Shown here piece by piece: positions 49,908 to 58,919 of a stretch of DNA of 64,000 nt. Numbering within the stretch: the stretch's first letter is position 1; each line of letters begins with the position of its first letter. The DNA lies in the NCBI GenBank assembly GCA_017467105.1, contig JAFTSU010000014.1, positions 14,359 through 78,358 on the forward strand, in the 5' to 3' direction. The notes under the pieces are model-generated. The model saw only the letters and a program-made list of their open reading frames with translations, ran no database searches and had not been told where the DNA came from. A program made the translations under genes and the position numbers. The DNA comes from Clostridia bacterium (lineage in GTDB: Bacteria; Bacillota; Clostridia; Oscillospirales; CAG-272).

Positions 49908-51188
49908 TTATTTTTCAGTATATTTGTTTATTGCGTCTATGACCGCGGAGTAGGTGTACAGGGATCCAAGACAGAATACCGCCTTGCCCTCCCTTACGGC
50001 TCTGTCTGTTGCCAGACGAACAGCCTCATCAACGCTCTCGGTAGGTCTTGCGTCCACACCGTTTTCAAAGAGAACTGCGGCGTAATCCTTTGCTGAAAGA
50101 GCCCTCGGGTTATCGGGCGTGATCGTATATGCGGATGATGCTACTCGGCTGATACTGCGGGCAACCGCTCTGTAGTCCTTATCGGCAAGCACACCGCTTA
50201 TAGCGATGATCCTCTCATCTCGGTAGTACTCCCTTATTCCGTCTACCGCAGCGTCTATACCCTCGGGGTTATGCGCGCCGTCGAAAATTACGGTAGGATC
50301 TCTGCTGATTATTTCAAAACGGGCGCGCCATCTGGCTGCCTTCATACCTCGATACACTGCACCCGTGTCGAGATTTAAACCCTCTTTACGCAGAATATTG
50401 ATCGCCTCAAGCACACATGCGGCATTGTAGACCTGATAAGTTCCGAGCAGAGAAATATCAACGCTATTCCACTCGCCGTAGGTAAGCCTACCGCCAGAAA
50501 GAGTCAGGGACGTATCACGGATTTTGCTGTGGTCCACTCTGTGAAAGGCAGATCCACGCTCGTTTGCCACATTCTCTATAACGGCTTCGGCGTTTTTGTC
50601 TCTGCCACCGTAAAGGACGGGCCTTCCCATCTTTATTATTCCCGCCTTTTCAAAGGCTATCTTCTCTACCGTGTTTCCGAGCAATGCGGTGTGATCCAGG
50701 GAAATACCCGTTATTATCGAGAGAAGAGGAGAGTCAATGATATTTGTTGAGTCAAATCTTCCGCCAAGACCTACCTCCAACACCACAACGTCGCATTCCT
50801 TCTCAAGAAAGTATTGCATCGCTATTGCGGTTATCAGCTCGAACTCCGTAGGTCTGTCCGATTGCTTTTCCACTATGGGAACCATCCACTCCGTAAGCCT
50901 TGCCAGATCCTCATCGGCTATCGGCTTGCCGTCTACTGCGATCCGCTCGTTGAATCTGTAAATATACGGAGAAGTATAGAGTCCGACTCTGTATCCCGCC
51001 TCCTTCAGCACCTGCGCCAGCATACAGGAGGTAGAGCCCTTGCCGTTCGTTCCGCCTATATGGATAAACTTAAGCTTCCTTTCCGGATTCCCGATGGCAG
51101 AGCAGAGAGCGCTGACTCTCTCAAGCCCGGGCTTACAAAATGCGGAATTAACACCGTGTATATATTCAAGTGCCTCAGCGTACGTCAT
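49908..51188 (-). CDS. folC: Folylpolyglutamate synthase / dihydrofolate synthase
   Basis: HIGGTNGKGS, YTSPY, EVGLGGRFDSTN and DGAHNP. Confidence 0.95.
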   Translation of the reverse strand: MTYAEALEYIHGVNSAFCKPGLERVSALCSAIGNPERKLKFIHIGGTNGKGSTSCMLAQVLKEAGYRVGLYTSPYIYRFNERIAVDGKPIADEDLARLTEWMVPIVEKQSDRPTEFELITAIAMQYFLEKECDVVVLEVGLGGRFDSTNIIDSPLLSIITGISLDHTALLGNTVEKIAFEKAGIIKMGRPVLYGGRDKNAEAVIENVANERGSAFHRVDHSKIRDTSLTLSGGRLTYGEWNSVDISLLGTYQVYNAACVLEAINILRKEGLNLDTGAVYRGMKAARWRARFEIISRDPTVIFDGAHNPEGIDAAVDGIREYYRDERIIAISGVLADKDYRAVARSISRVASSAYTITPDNPRALSAKDYAAVLFENGVDARPTESVDEAVRLATDRAVREGKAVFCLGSLYTYSAVIDAINKYTEK

Positions 51189-51729
51189 TTCCGTTCACCT
51201 CAAAGCTGTCAATCAGCTCTCTGACGCTTCTTCTGCGGTAGAGCAGCGACAAAAGCAATATTTCTACGGATGCGATTACCAGATACAGCGGTATTCTGAT
51301 CAGAATGAGCCATTGATAGAACTGAAAAAGTCCGATAGACTTAACTATCATAGAGCCTACCAGATGGGACAAACCGCCAGCTACGATAAATTGTCGCGTA
51401 CCCCTTTTCTTTACAGCGTATCTGGCAGAAAGACCGCTGATCACACCAACGAGCGTCGCTCCAAGAGTTACAATCAGATTGGGCGGATACACCTGACTCG
51501 ACAAAAGATAGCTGAGAAGGTCTGAGCTGGCACCAACCAGTCCGCCGACGATAGGGCCGAACATAATTCCGGACAAAATTATCGGCAGGTTCTCAAAGGT
51601 AATGCGAAGAACTCCGTTTCCAAAATTCAGCACCGTCTTGCAGAAAATGCCAATAACAACGCTCATTGCCGTCAGCATAGCAGCCATGGCAAGCTGTCTT
51701 ATAGTGATCTTAAGCTTTTTCGATTGCAT
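51175..51729 (-). CDS. folT: Folate ECF transporter S component
   Basis: LRITF, G..FGP..GG..G...D motif, about 6 TM helices; lies downstream of a THF riboswitch. Confidence 0.88.
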   Translation of the reverse strand: MQSKKLKITIRQLAMAAMLTAMSVVIGIFCKTVLNFGNGVLRITFENLPIILSGIMFGPIVGGLVGASSDLLSYLLSSQVYPPNLIVTLGATLVGVISGLSARYAVKKRGTRQFIVAGGLSHLVGSMIVKSIGLFQFYQWLILIRIPLYLVIASVEILLLSLLYRRRSVRELIDSFEVNGNDVR

Positions 51730-51805
51730 AAAAAAATACCTCCATATACAGATTTACATCTCCGTACCATGGGGTATTGGCGCAATGCGCTATGACTCGT
51801 ATGGC

Positions 51806-51906
51806 AACAGTGGGATGCGAAAAACACACCGCAGATCTGACGATCATTCGTCCGTGTGACAACTCCCCGTCCACACAGCACTAAGCGCGTATTTTTCTAC
51901 TCTGTT
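51806..51906 (-). ncRNA. THF riboswitch
   Basis: Reverse complement AACAGAGTAG...GCGCTTAGTG...ACGGGGAGTTG...ACGAA...GCGG...CGCATCCCACTGTT matches the THF aptamer consensus; upstream of folT-folC. Confidence 0.92.
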
Positions 51907-52187
51907 AACGTATGTGTAGAGTATAGCACAAACCTTTGCGTTTTTCAAGTATTATGAGCAAAAAAATACATTTTTTATTGTAAAACTGCCACGTAAACTT
52001 AAAAATTCACAAAAATATTCTGCTCCAAAACTCAAATTTTCATAAGAATTACAAATTTGATAAAATTTTGGCAATCCTATTGTATAATAAAAAATTATGT
52101 GTTATAATAAACAATGGTAAAGAAGGGCATAAACGCCCTCGCTTGATTTGCTTTATAAAAAATTTTATATTTTGGAGGATTATCACA

Positions 52188-53210
52188 ATGGCAAACGTAA
52201 AGGTTGCAATCAACGGCTTTGGCCGTATCGGACGTCTTGCGTTCAGACAGATGTTTGGCGCAAAGGGCTACACCGTAGTCGCTATTAACGACCTCACCAA
52301 GCCCTCTATGCTCGCTCACCTTCTCAAGTACGACACCGCTCAGGGTCGCTACGACGGTCACACCGTAGAGGCTGATGACGAGGCAGGCACGATCACCGTA
52401 GACGGCAAGACCATCAAGATCTACGCAGAGAAGGACGCAGCTAACTGCCCCTGGAAGAAGAATAAGGTTGACGTTGTTCTTGAGTGCACCGGCTTCTACT
52501 GCTCCAAGGAGAAGTCCATGGCTCACATCAAGGCAGGCGCTAAGAAGGTTGTTATCTCTGCTCCCGCAGGCAACGACCTCAAGACCATCGTTTACAGCGT
52601 AAACGAGAACACCCTCACCGCAGACGATCAGATCATTTCCGCAGCATCCTGCACAACCAACTGCCTTGCTCCTATGGCAAAGGCTCTCAATGACTTCGCT
52701 CCTATCCAGTCCGGTATCATGACCACTGTTCACGCATACACCGGTGACCAGATGATCCTTGACGGTCCTCACAGAAAGGGCGATCTCAGACGTGCACGCG
52801 CAGGCGCACAGAACATCGTTCCTAACTCCACCGGCGCTGCAAAGGCTATCGGTCTTGTTATTCCCGAGCTCAACGGCAAGCTTATCGGCTCCGCTCAGAG
52901 AGTTCCCACCTGCACCGGCTCTACCACTATTCTCGTAGCGGTTGTTAAGGGCAAGGATATCACCAAGGACGCTATCAACGCAGCAATGAAGGCAGCAGCA
53001 AACGAGTCCTATGGCTACAACGAGGATCAGATCGTTTCCTCCGACGTTATCGGTATGAGATACGGCTCTCTCTTCGATGCTACTCAGACCATGGTTGCTA
53101 AGATCGACGACGATACCTATCAGGTTCAGGTAGTTTCTTGGTACGATAACGAGAACTCCTACACCAGCCAGATGGTACGTACTATCAAGTACTTCGCAGA
53201 ATTGGCATAA
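52188..53210 (+). CDS. gap: Type I glyceraldehyde-3-phosphate dehydrogenase
   Basis: GGAGG RBS; [17 protein letters not shown] and WYDNE; strong high-expression codon bias. Confidence 0.97.
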   Translation: MANVKVAINGFGRIGRLAFRQMFGAKGYTVVAINDLTKPSMLAHLLKYDTAQGRYDGHTVEADDEAGTITVDGKTIKIYAEKDAANCPWKKNKVDVVLECTGFYCSKEKSMAHIKAGAKKVVISAPAGNDLKTIVYSVNENTLTADDQIISAASCTTNCLAPMAKALNDFAPIQSGIMTTVHAYTGDQMILDGPHRKGDLRRARAGAQNIVPNSTGAAKAIGLVIPELNGKLIGSAQRVPTCTGSTTILVAVVKGKDITKDAINAAMKAAANESYGYNEDQIVSSDVIGMRYGSLFDATQTMVAKIDDDTYQVQVVSWYDNENSYTSQMVRTIKYFAELA

Positions 53211-53312
53211 AAATAGGACTGTGAATATCAGCACAGACCAAAAAGACTCACAGAACGGGACGTACTCTCAATGACATTTTGAAATTCAATAGAATACGTT
53301 ACCTACTGACAT

Positions 53313-53356
53313 GAAAAGGACGAAGAATTGTTATAATTCCTCGTCCTTTTTTCTTT
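53313..53356 (+). terminator. gap terminator
   Basis: AAAAGGACGAAGAATT...AATTCCTCGTCCTTTTTT. Confidence 0.8.
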
Positions 53357-53399
53357 GCAAGCACTGTTTTTGTCCACAGAAGCTATTTTTAGTTAATAA

Positions 53400-53560
53400 T
53401 TATGAGGCTCGCTCACGCTCACCGCTATGAGTATGCTTTGCCCACGTTTGATATGATCGCACTGTTACTTCAAGCTGTGCCGAAGGCGCATCATAACTTG
53501 GCGTAGCCAATCATAGCTCTAAACTCGCCGCAGGCGATCACAGTTGCGTAGTATCCTTAA
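53400..53560. repeat. REP-like palindrome cluster (TATGA/TCATA-flanked hairpins)
   Basis: TATGA x3, then GTGC-CGAAG-GCGC+ATCATA, TTGGC-GTA-GCCAA+TCATA and TCGCC-GCA-GGCGA+TCACA; ends in a TCC-TTAA-GGA hairpin. Confidence 0.6.
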
Positions 53561-53634
53561 GGACACTGCTCCCTCGTGTGCGTTTTCTATTTGAAAAGCT
53601 CCGTCGTACTATTATACAAGCGATGCGCTAAAGG

Positions 53635-54240
53635 TTATCTCATAATAAACATCTGTGTCCAATAGCTTCCTTCCGTTACGTATCCGACTCCTATGTGTGT
53701 GAAAGAGGAATTAAGTATATTCGCTCTGTGTCCCGAGGAATTCATCCATCCATTGACTACGGATTCCGGGGAAGTATACCCACGTGCAATGTTTTCGCCT
53801 GCGCTTTTGTAGGAGATACCGAAGCTCCTTATCATTTGGAACGGTGAGCCATAGGTGGGACTCGTGTGAGAAAAATACCCATTATCCCGCATATCCTGTG
53901 ACTTGTATCTTGCGACTCTTGACAGCTCCCAATCGTGTTGAAGCGGCAGAAGCCCCGCCTTTTGTCTTTCAACGTTTACAAGTCTGATAACCTCCTTTTC
54001 GTATGCTGCTACAGTAGCGTGAGTGGTAGGTATTGTAATCTGCTGACCCGGGTAGATTAGCGCTGTATTTTTTATTTGAGGATTCGCCGCGGCAAGCTCG
54101 GACAGCCCTACCTGATACCTTACCGCAATCCTCCACATTGTGTCTCCTCTTACTACAGTGTGAGTCTCTTTGGCTGATGCCCGTGTCGCGAAGGCAAACA
54201 GCGAAAGAATAATGCAAAATATCGCAAATGCTTTCTTCAT
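53635..54240 (-). CDS. Secreted LysM + CAP (SafA/YkwD-like) spore-coat/cell-wall protein
   Basis: Signal peptide; LysM HTVVRGDTMWRIA...LIYPGQ.I.IP; CAP domain YFSHTSP, AGENIA and WMNSSGHRANIL. Confidence 0.9.
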   Translation of the reverse strand: MKKAFAIFCIILSLFAFATRASAKETHTVVRGDTMWRIAVRYQVGLSELAAANPQIKNTALIYPGQQITIPTTHATVAAYEKEVIRLVNVERQKAGLLPLQHDWELSRVARYKSQDMRDNGYFSHTSPTYGSPFQMIRSFGISYKSAGENIARGYTSPESVVNGWMNSSGHRANILNSSFTHIGVGYVTEGSYWTQMFIMR

Positions 54241-54605
54241 ATTTTCTCCTTTCATATCACGACGAAAATTGTAATCAGGGTTATCCGCATCTCAAAATAA
54301 AAAATGGATTGATCGGTCCTGTACTGACCCAATTATCAATCCATTCAAGGAATTTATCTCCTATGAATTTTTTGTGAGAAATCACGAAAAATAGGGAATT
54401 AGCCCACCCCCGTGTCGCATTAATATTATATCATATAAGCGTATTTGTGTCAAATGTAATATCTGGAAGAAAAGGGCTAATCAGGGCTCTAGCCGGTGGG
54501 GAAGGGAACGTGACTCTTTTTCATAAAGCAAAATATGCAATATGCACAGTTTTTGGTTGTCAATTTGTGCATATTGCTATTTCGGAAAAATCGGTGTCCG
54601 AAATA

Positions 54606-54634
54606 TTGACTCTGATGCCGGAATATGCTATAAT
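54606..54634 (+). promoter_or_regulatory. Sigma-A promoter for the riboswitch-flotillin transcript
   Basis: TTGACT-17 nt-TATAAT with extended TG. Confidence 0.8.
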
Positions 54635-54643
54635 AATAGTACC

Positions 54644-54742
54644 GAAAGGGAGTAGTTCACTCGCCAATGTGGCAGTGGCTTGCATCGTCATAACGGCGTT
54701 TATCGCTCGGTGCAAGCGATCAATATGATAAACAAGACTTTT
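54644..54742 (+). ncRNA. yybP-ykoY manganese riboswitch
   Basis: AAAGGGAGTAG...GCTTGCA-TCGTCATAAC...CGG-TGCAAGC...ACAAGACTTTT fits the GGGAGUAG / CGUCA / CAAGACC consensus. Confidence 0.85.
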
Positions 54743-54770
54743 AGCGTATGTTGGAAGTCCTTTTTTGTTT
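54736..54770 (+). terminator. Riboswitch-controlled terminator
   Basis: GACTTTTAGC-GTAT-GTTGGAAGTC then CTTTTTTG, overlapping the P1 3' strand. Confidence 0.7.
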
Positions 54771-54900
54771 GTCAGAGCTACTGCCTTTTTTTATGCGTTA
54801 CGGTTTTAGCGAAGACGTGAAGGGATATTTCAGCATAGAGCTTTAAGATTTTCTTTCGGTATTCTTTGCGGTAAAAATAATATTAAAAAGGAGAAAACTT

Positions 54901-56292
54901 ATGAACCCGTTAATCATCGCATTGATCGCAATAGTTGCACTCGCAGCAGGTGTATTCGTCCTCGGATATCTGAAGGCTCCGCCGGACACGGCGTACGTAA
55001 TTTCCGGTCTTGGAAAAAAACGTATTCTTATAGGTAAGGCAGGCTGGAGGATGCCGTTCCTTACACGTCTGGATAAGCTGTCTCTCGGAGTAATGCAGGT
55101 GGACGTAAAGACTAGCGAGGCAGTACCCACCAACGAGTTTATTAACGTAAACGTAGACGGTGTGGCAAACATAAAGATATCATCCAATCCGGCGCTTCTG
55201 GAGCGCGCCGCAGAGGCGCTTTTGGGAAAGACTCGCCAGGAGCTTGTGACCCTTGTGACTCAGGTTCTGGAGGGTAATATGCGCGAGATCGTCGGCTCTG
55301 TAGGTCTGAAGGAAATGGTGCAGGACCGTCAAGGAGTAGCTAAGAAAATAACAGAGAACGTTGTGCCCGATATGGAGAAGCTGGGCATTGAGGTAGTAAA
55401 CTTCAACATCCAGAACTTCAAGGACGGTGCCGGTACTATAGAGAATATGGGTATCGACAACGTAGAGCAGATCAGAAAGAACGCTCAGATAGCAAAGGCA
55501 AATGCGCAGAGAGATATTGCCATCGCCACTTCTAACGCTCAACAGGAGGCAAACGCGGTAAAGGTAGAGGCAGAGAAGAAGATAGCGGAGCAGGATGCCG
55601 CCCTGGCTGTTCAGCAAGCAGAGATGAAGGTACGCGCGGACACAAAGAGAGCCGAGGCTGATGCCGCATACTCTATCCAGCAGGAAAACCAGCGTAAGAC
55701 CATAGAGATCGCAAAGACTAATGCCGACATCGCCCGTCGTGAGAAGGAGGCTGAGCTTGCGGAAAAGGAGATAGCGCTGAAGGAGAGAGAGCTAGACGCT
55801 GAGATCAAGAAGCAGGCTGACGCATTGAAATATCAGTCAGAGAAGCGTGCCGAGGCGGATCTTATAAAGCGTCAGAGAGAAGCGGACGCGAGGGCGTACG
55901 AGGCTATCAAGGAGGCAGAGGCAAAGAGAGCTGCCGCAGAGGCACTTCGCTTCGCAATGGAGCAGGAGGCAGAGGGTATTAGAGCCAAGGGTCTTGCAGA
56001 GGCTGAGGCAATAGAAAAGAAGGCGGAGGCGCAGAAGAAGATGGGCGAGGCATCTGTACTTGAAATGTATCTTACCGCTCTTCCTGAGGTGGTTAAGAAT
56101 GCCGCGATTCCTTTAGCTCAAACCGATAAGATCGTTATGTACGGCGATGGAAATTCAACTAAGCTCGTTCGTGACGTTATGAGCAGCACCGATCAGGTCG
56201 TAGAGGGCATGAAGCAGACCACCGGAATAGATCTCGCGGCTCTTCTTTCTGGCTTTGCAGGCGGAAAACTAGCCTCAAATCAGGATAACTAA
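54901..56292 (+). CDS. Flotillin (SPFH domain, FloT-like)
   Basis: N-terminal TM helix; SPFH motifs A.VISG, LEGNMREIVG and NIQN; AEA-rich flotillin coil. Confidence 0.92.
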   Translation: MNPLIIALIAIVALAAGVFVLGYLKAPPDTAYVISGLGKKRILIGKAGWRMPFLTRLDKLSLGVMQVDVKTSEAVPTNEFINVNVDGVANIKISSNPALLERAAEALLGKTRQELVTLVTQVLEGNMREIVGSVGLKEMVQDRQGVAKKITENVVPDMEKLGIEVVNFNIQNFKDGAGTIENMGIDNVEQIRKNAQIAKANAQRDIAIATSNAQQEANAVKVEAEKKIAEQDAALAVQQAEMKVRADTKRAEADAAYSIQQENQRKTIEIAKTNADIARREKEAELAEKEIALKERELDAEIKKQADALKYQSEKRAEADLIKRQREADARAYEAIKEAEAKRAAAEALRFAMEQEAEGIRAKGLAEAEAIEKKAEAQKKMGEASVLEMYLTALPEVVKNAAIPLAQTDKIVMYGDGNSTKLVRDVMSSTDQVVEGMKQTTGIDLAALLSGFAGGKLASNQDN

Positions 56293-56347
56293 TACTACAT
56301 AAAAACTTAAACATAAACAAGACCGCAAAGAAAAGAAAACGGAGAGC

Positions 56348-56550
56348 ATTTAGCGTGTTATCCTTAACGGAGAACACGCAATGAATTGCAACCTTACGGT
56401 TGCGTGAATTGAAAGCTACGCTTTCATGAATTGCCTGCGGCATGAATTGTGCCTTGTGGCACACCCGTTGCAATTCAATTCATGGAGGAGGCGGCGCACC
56501 GACGAGAAATCATGGCGAAGCCAATTCATGATGCGTTAGCATCAATTCAT
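56348..56550. repeat. Modular palindromic repeat element, copy 1
   Basis: Terminal hairpin, four (A/G)TGAATTG+hairpin units, then inverted hairpin+CAATTCAT units; near-identical to 58920-59098. Confidence 0.9.
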
Positions 56551-56698
56551 CTATAAAAACGAACAGAGCAAGAATAGAAGGATTTGTTTCCTTTTACTCT
56601 TGCTCTTTCTGCTTGTTTAGGGGTTCACTTATTTGGGTTTGGACTTAGCCCATTTGCATTTGACTGGTCAAATGCGATGCTCGCATTTAGTGTAAATT

Positions 56699-56793
56699 AT
56701 GAATTGCCGATGGTGCAAAGCTTTCATCGGCAATATATCGAAAATCCGCGCCCGCGGATTTATATCGACGCCTTGTGCCCCAAGGCACAAGGC
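56699..56793. repeat. Hairpin cluster with TATATCG spacers
   Basis: ATTGCCGATG...CATCGGCAAT, ATATCG, AATCCGCG-CC-CGCGGATT, TATATCG, GCCTTGTGCC-CCAA-GGCACAAGGC. Confidence 0.7.
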
Positions 56794-57602
56794 TACCCTA
56801 TCTCCTCGTCCCCGTGTATATCCATCCATTCAAGGGCGGCGTCGTAGGACTCGTAGTCCAGGTCTGCCATAGTGTTTGTGTGGAACACAACGCCCTCAGC
56901 CTCGCCTGCTAGGATCTTTTCGCGGTAGAAGTCAAGCTGCCATCTGACGGCTTTGGCGGTTGCAAGCTTTCTTTCACCAAAGTTATAAAGGTAGCAGCCA
57001 AACATTTTTCTTGTGTTTGGGGAGAGCTTTTTGAGAGCTTCGAATTTTTCGGGGATCAGGTGAACGTCCTTTTCTTCCCAGGTCCACATGATGATGCCGT
57101 TAACCGAATCAAGGAAAGGGCGAAGAGGGGCGTCGTCAACTCCGTCGAGAGCGAACTCGCGTGTGTATAGCACCATCCAAAGATCGATAGGGCGCACCTC
57201 GTTATTATTAAATCTTTCTCTCACCTTGATAAGAACGTCTGCGTTGACCTCCTCGCCTTCCTCGCGGCGCTTCTTAGACTTGCCAACGAAGTCGTCGAGA
57301 ACTGCGGCGGTGATATTGGGAAACTCCTTGGATTCCTCAATGATCTGTTCCACCTTTTCGGGGTATTTATCCACGCCGAAGCACTCCCAGCCAACTGCGG
57401 AAAGTGTTTTAAAGGACTTGTTGTATTGGCGGCGGTTTATCTTTCTGCCAACAGGAACCATAAAGGTCTTGCTGATGCCGAGATAGAGGCAGCCCTCCAT
57501 AGGCGTCATACGGGATTCAGCCATGTGTCCATATCCGTCCTGACCGTTGTTGTAGCATCCCTCGGGGTGTCCCCATTGCCAGAATTTGTCTCTTAATTTC
57601 AT
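56793..57602 (-). CDS. Hypothetical protein (possible carbohydrate-active TIM barrel)
   Basis: 269-aa ORF with GGGAG RBS; Trp-rich, LDDF and LW.VLY motifs; divergent from an AraC gene. The function is inference only. Confidence 0.7.
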   Translation of the reverse strand: MKLRDKFWQWGHPEGCYNNGQDGYGHMAESRMTPMEGCLYLGISKTFMVPVGRKINRRQYNKSFKTLSAVGWECFGVDKYPEKVEQIIEESKEFPNITAAVLDDFVGKSKKRREEGEEVNADVLIKVRERFNNNEVRPIDLWMVLYTREFALDGVDDAPLRPFLDSVNGIIMWTWEEKDVHLIPEKFEALKKLSPNTRKMFGCYLYNFGERKLATAKAVRWQLDFYREKILAGEAEGVVFHTNTMADLDYESYDAALEWMDIHGDEEIG

Positions 57603-57745
57603 AACGCATAGCTCCCTTTATCGTTTTATTATTTAAATTTTTCTTTTTTGTTGCAAATTGAAGTGCCACCTGCTATAATTATTATATATGTGATTACAAG
57701 ACAAATCAATAGATAATACGGCTAAAAATATGGAGAATATGGAAA

Positions 57746-58591
57746 ATGTATTCTGAAAGATTCGGTAAGCTTACAGCCTCTGAATATCCTGCGGGGATAA
57801 CCGTGCTCACGGCGGGCTACGCGATCTGCGACAGCGGCTGGAACGGAGAGGTTATAAACCCTCCCTATTCAAGGCTATATTTCGTTATGCGCGGCGAGCT
57901 TTCTATGATCGGGCAAAGCGGAGAGGAGAGCTCCGAGAGCGTCTCGGCGGAGAACACCGAAAAGGAAATAAGACTTAAGGCGGGCTGCTGTTGCCTTGTG
58001 CCCTCGGGGTATTCCTTCACCTACTCCGCGACCGATGAGGTCGAGCACCTCTATTTTCATTTGCAGATAAGAAGAAGCGACGGCATAGACGCGCTCGGAA
58101 AGATCGGCTCTCCTATGCTGACTTACTCGGGAGATAAGGATATGACCGAGCTTCTTTCGGCGTGCCGAGGCAGAGACAAGCTTTCGGATATAAAAGCGCA
58201 TCTTGAAATACTTGGGGCGATAGGGCACTTTATCAAGACATCGGGAATAGATCTCGGAGAAAGAAGGCGGGATGCCGAGGTAGAGGCGGCTGTCGGGATA
58301 ATACTTGCGGAGCCGCGACTTGGAATACGCCTTTCCGATCTTGCGGGGCGGCTCCATATATCCGAGAGGACTCTGACGAGAAAATTTAAGGCGGTGCTTG
58401 GAATGACTGTTGGAGAGTATATTGAAAAAACGGTGCTGGGGCTTTGCGAGAGGGAGCTTTTATATTCGGATCTTTCCCTTTCCGAAATAAGCGAAAAATA
58501 CGGCTTTTCGGATAGATTTTATTTTTCAAGAAAATTCAAGGAGCACTACGGCACCTCTCCGAAAAAATACAGAGACAAGGGCGTTCTTTGA
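57746..58591 (+). CDS. AraC family transcriptional regulator
   Basis: N-terminal cupin-like region; C-terminal double HTH ...ISEKYGFSDRFYFSRKFKEHYGTSPKKYR. Confidence 0.92.
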   Translation: MYSERFGKLTASEYPAGITVLTAGYAICDSGWNGEVINPPYSRLYFVMRGELSMIGQSGEESSESVSAENTEKEIRLKAGCCCLVPSGYSFTYSATDEVEHLYFHLQIRRSDGIDALGKIGSPMLTYSGDKDMTELLSACRGRDKLSDIKAHLEILGAIGHFIKTSGIDLGERRRDAEVEAAVGIILAEPRLGIRLSDLAGRLHISERTLTRKFKAVLGMTVGEYIEKTVLGLCERELLYSDLSLSEISEKYGFSDRFYFSRKFKEHYGTSPKKYRDKGVL

Positions 58592-58629
58592 TATGATTTT
58601 AATTAAGTCGGTGTCTTTATAGAAAATAG

Positions 58630-58666
58630 GGGCTGTCTCAAATGCAAAATTTGAGGCAGCCCTTTC
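58630..58666 (+). terminator. Hairpin/terminator after AraC
   Basis: GGGCTGTCTCAAAT-GCAAA-ATTTGAGGCAGCCC-TTT. Confidence 0.55.
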
Positions 58667-58919
58667 CCTATCGGTAAGTGGTAAATTATTTAATTTAAAG
58701 CCTTTTTCCTGATTACAGCCCCTTACCTTTTATATTTCGATTTATTGGGCCCTTTGCCCTTTTTATTATCCTGCTTTTGGGAGTTGCTTCTCCTTTGCGC
58801 CGCCCGAGAAATTCGCACGCCATCCGCTTTGGGCTTCCTACTTTCCGAGGTCTCCCATTGCGGCTTCCTCCTTGCCAAGGTCTCCGCCTGCGGCTTTCTA
58901 GGAGGCAAAAACCGCCAAA

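Noticed and set aside
52095-53234. 379-aa antisense ORF over gap (likewise 2519-3484, 12239-13378, 19002-20201, 25127-26014, 61211-62329)
   Set aside because: These are shadow frames produced by codon bias of the real gene on the opposite strand; no motifs or RBS.
26077-54420. Recurring CCCGTGT word in intergenic regions (about 26081, 48346, 49811, 54409)
   Set aside because: It is too short, its flanks are unrelated, and one copy is simply a terminator stem; it cannot be separated from chance.
29624-54423. Shared 16-mer CCC(T/C)GTGTCGCATTAA near the purC 3' end and in the LysM-CAP leader
   Set aside because: A single 15/16 match is plausible by chance at this scale, and the similarity does not extend.
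58630-58662. GGCTGTC...GGCAGCC hairpin as an IS end or MITE
   Set aside because: There is no transposase remnant or target duplication; it is adequately explained as a terminator.
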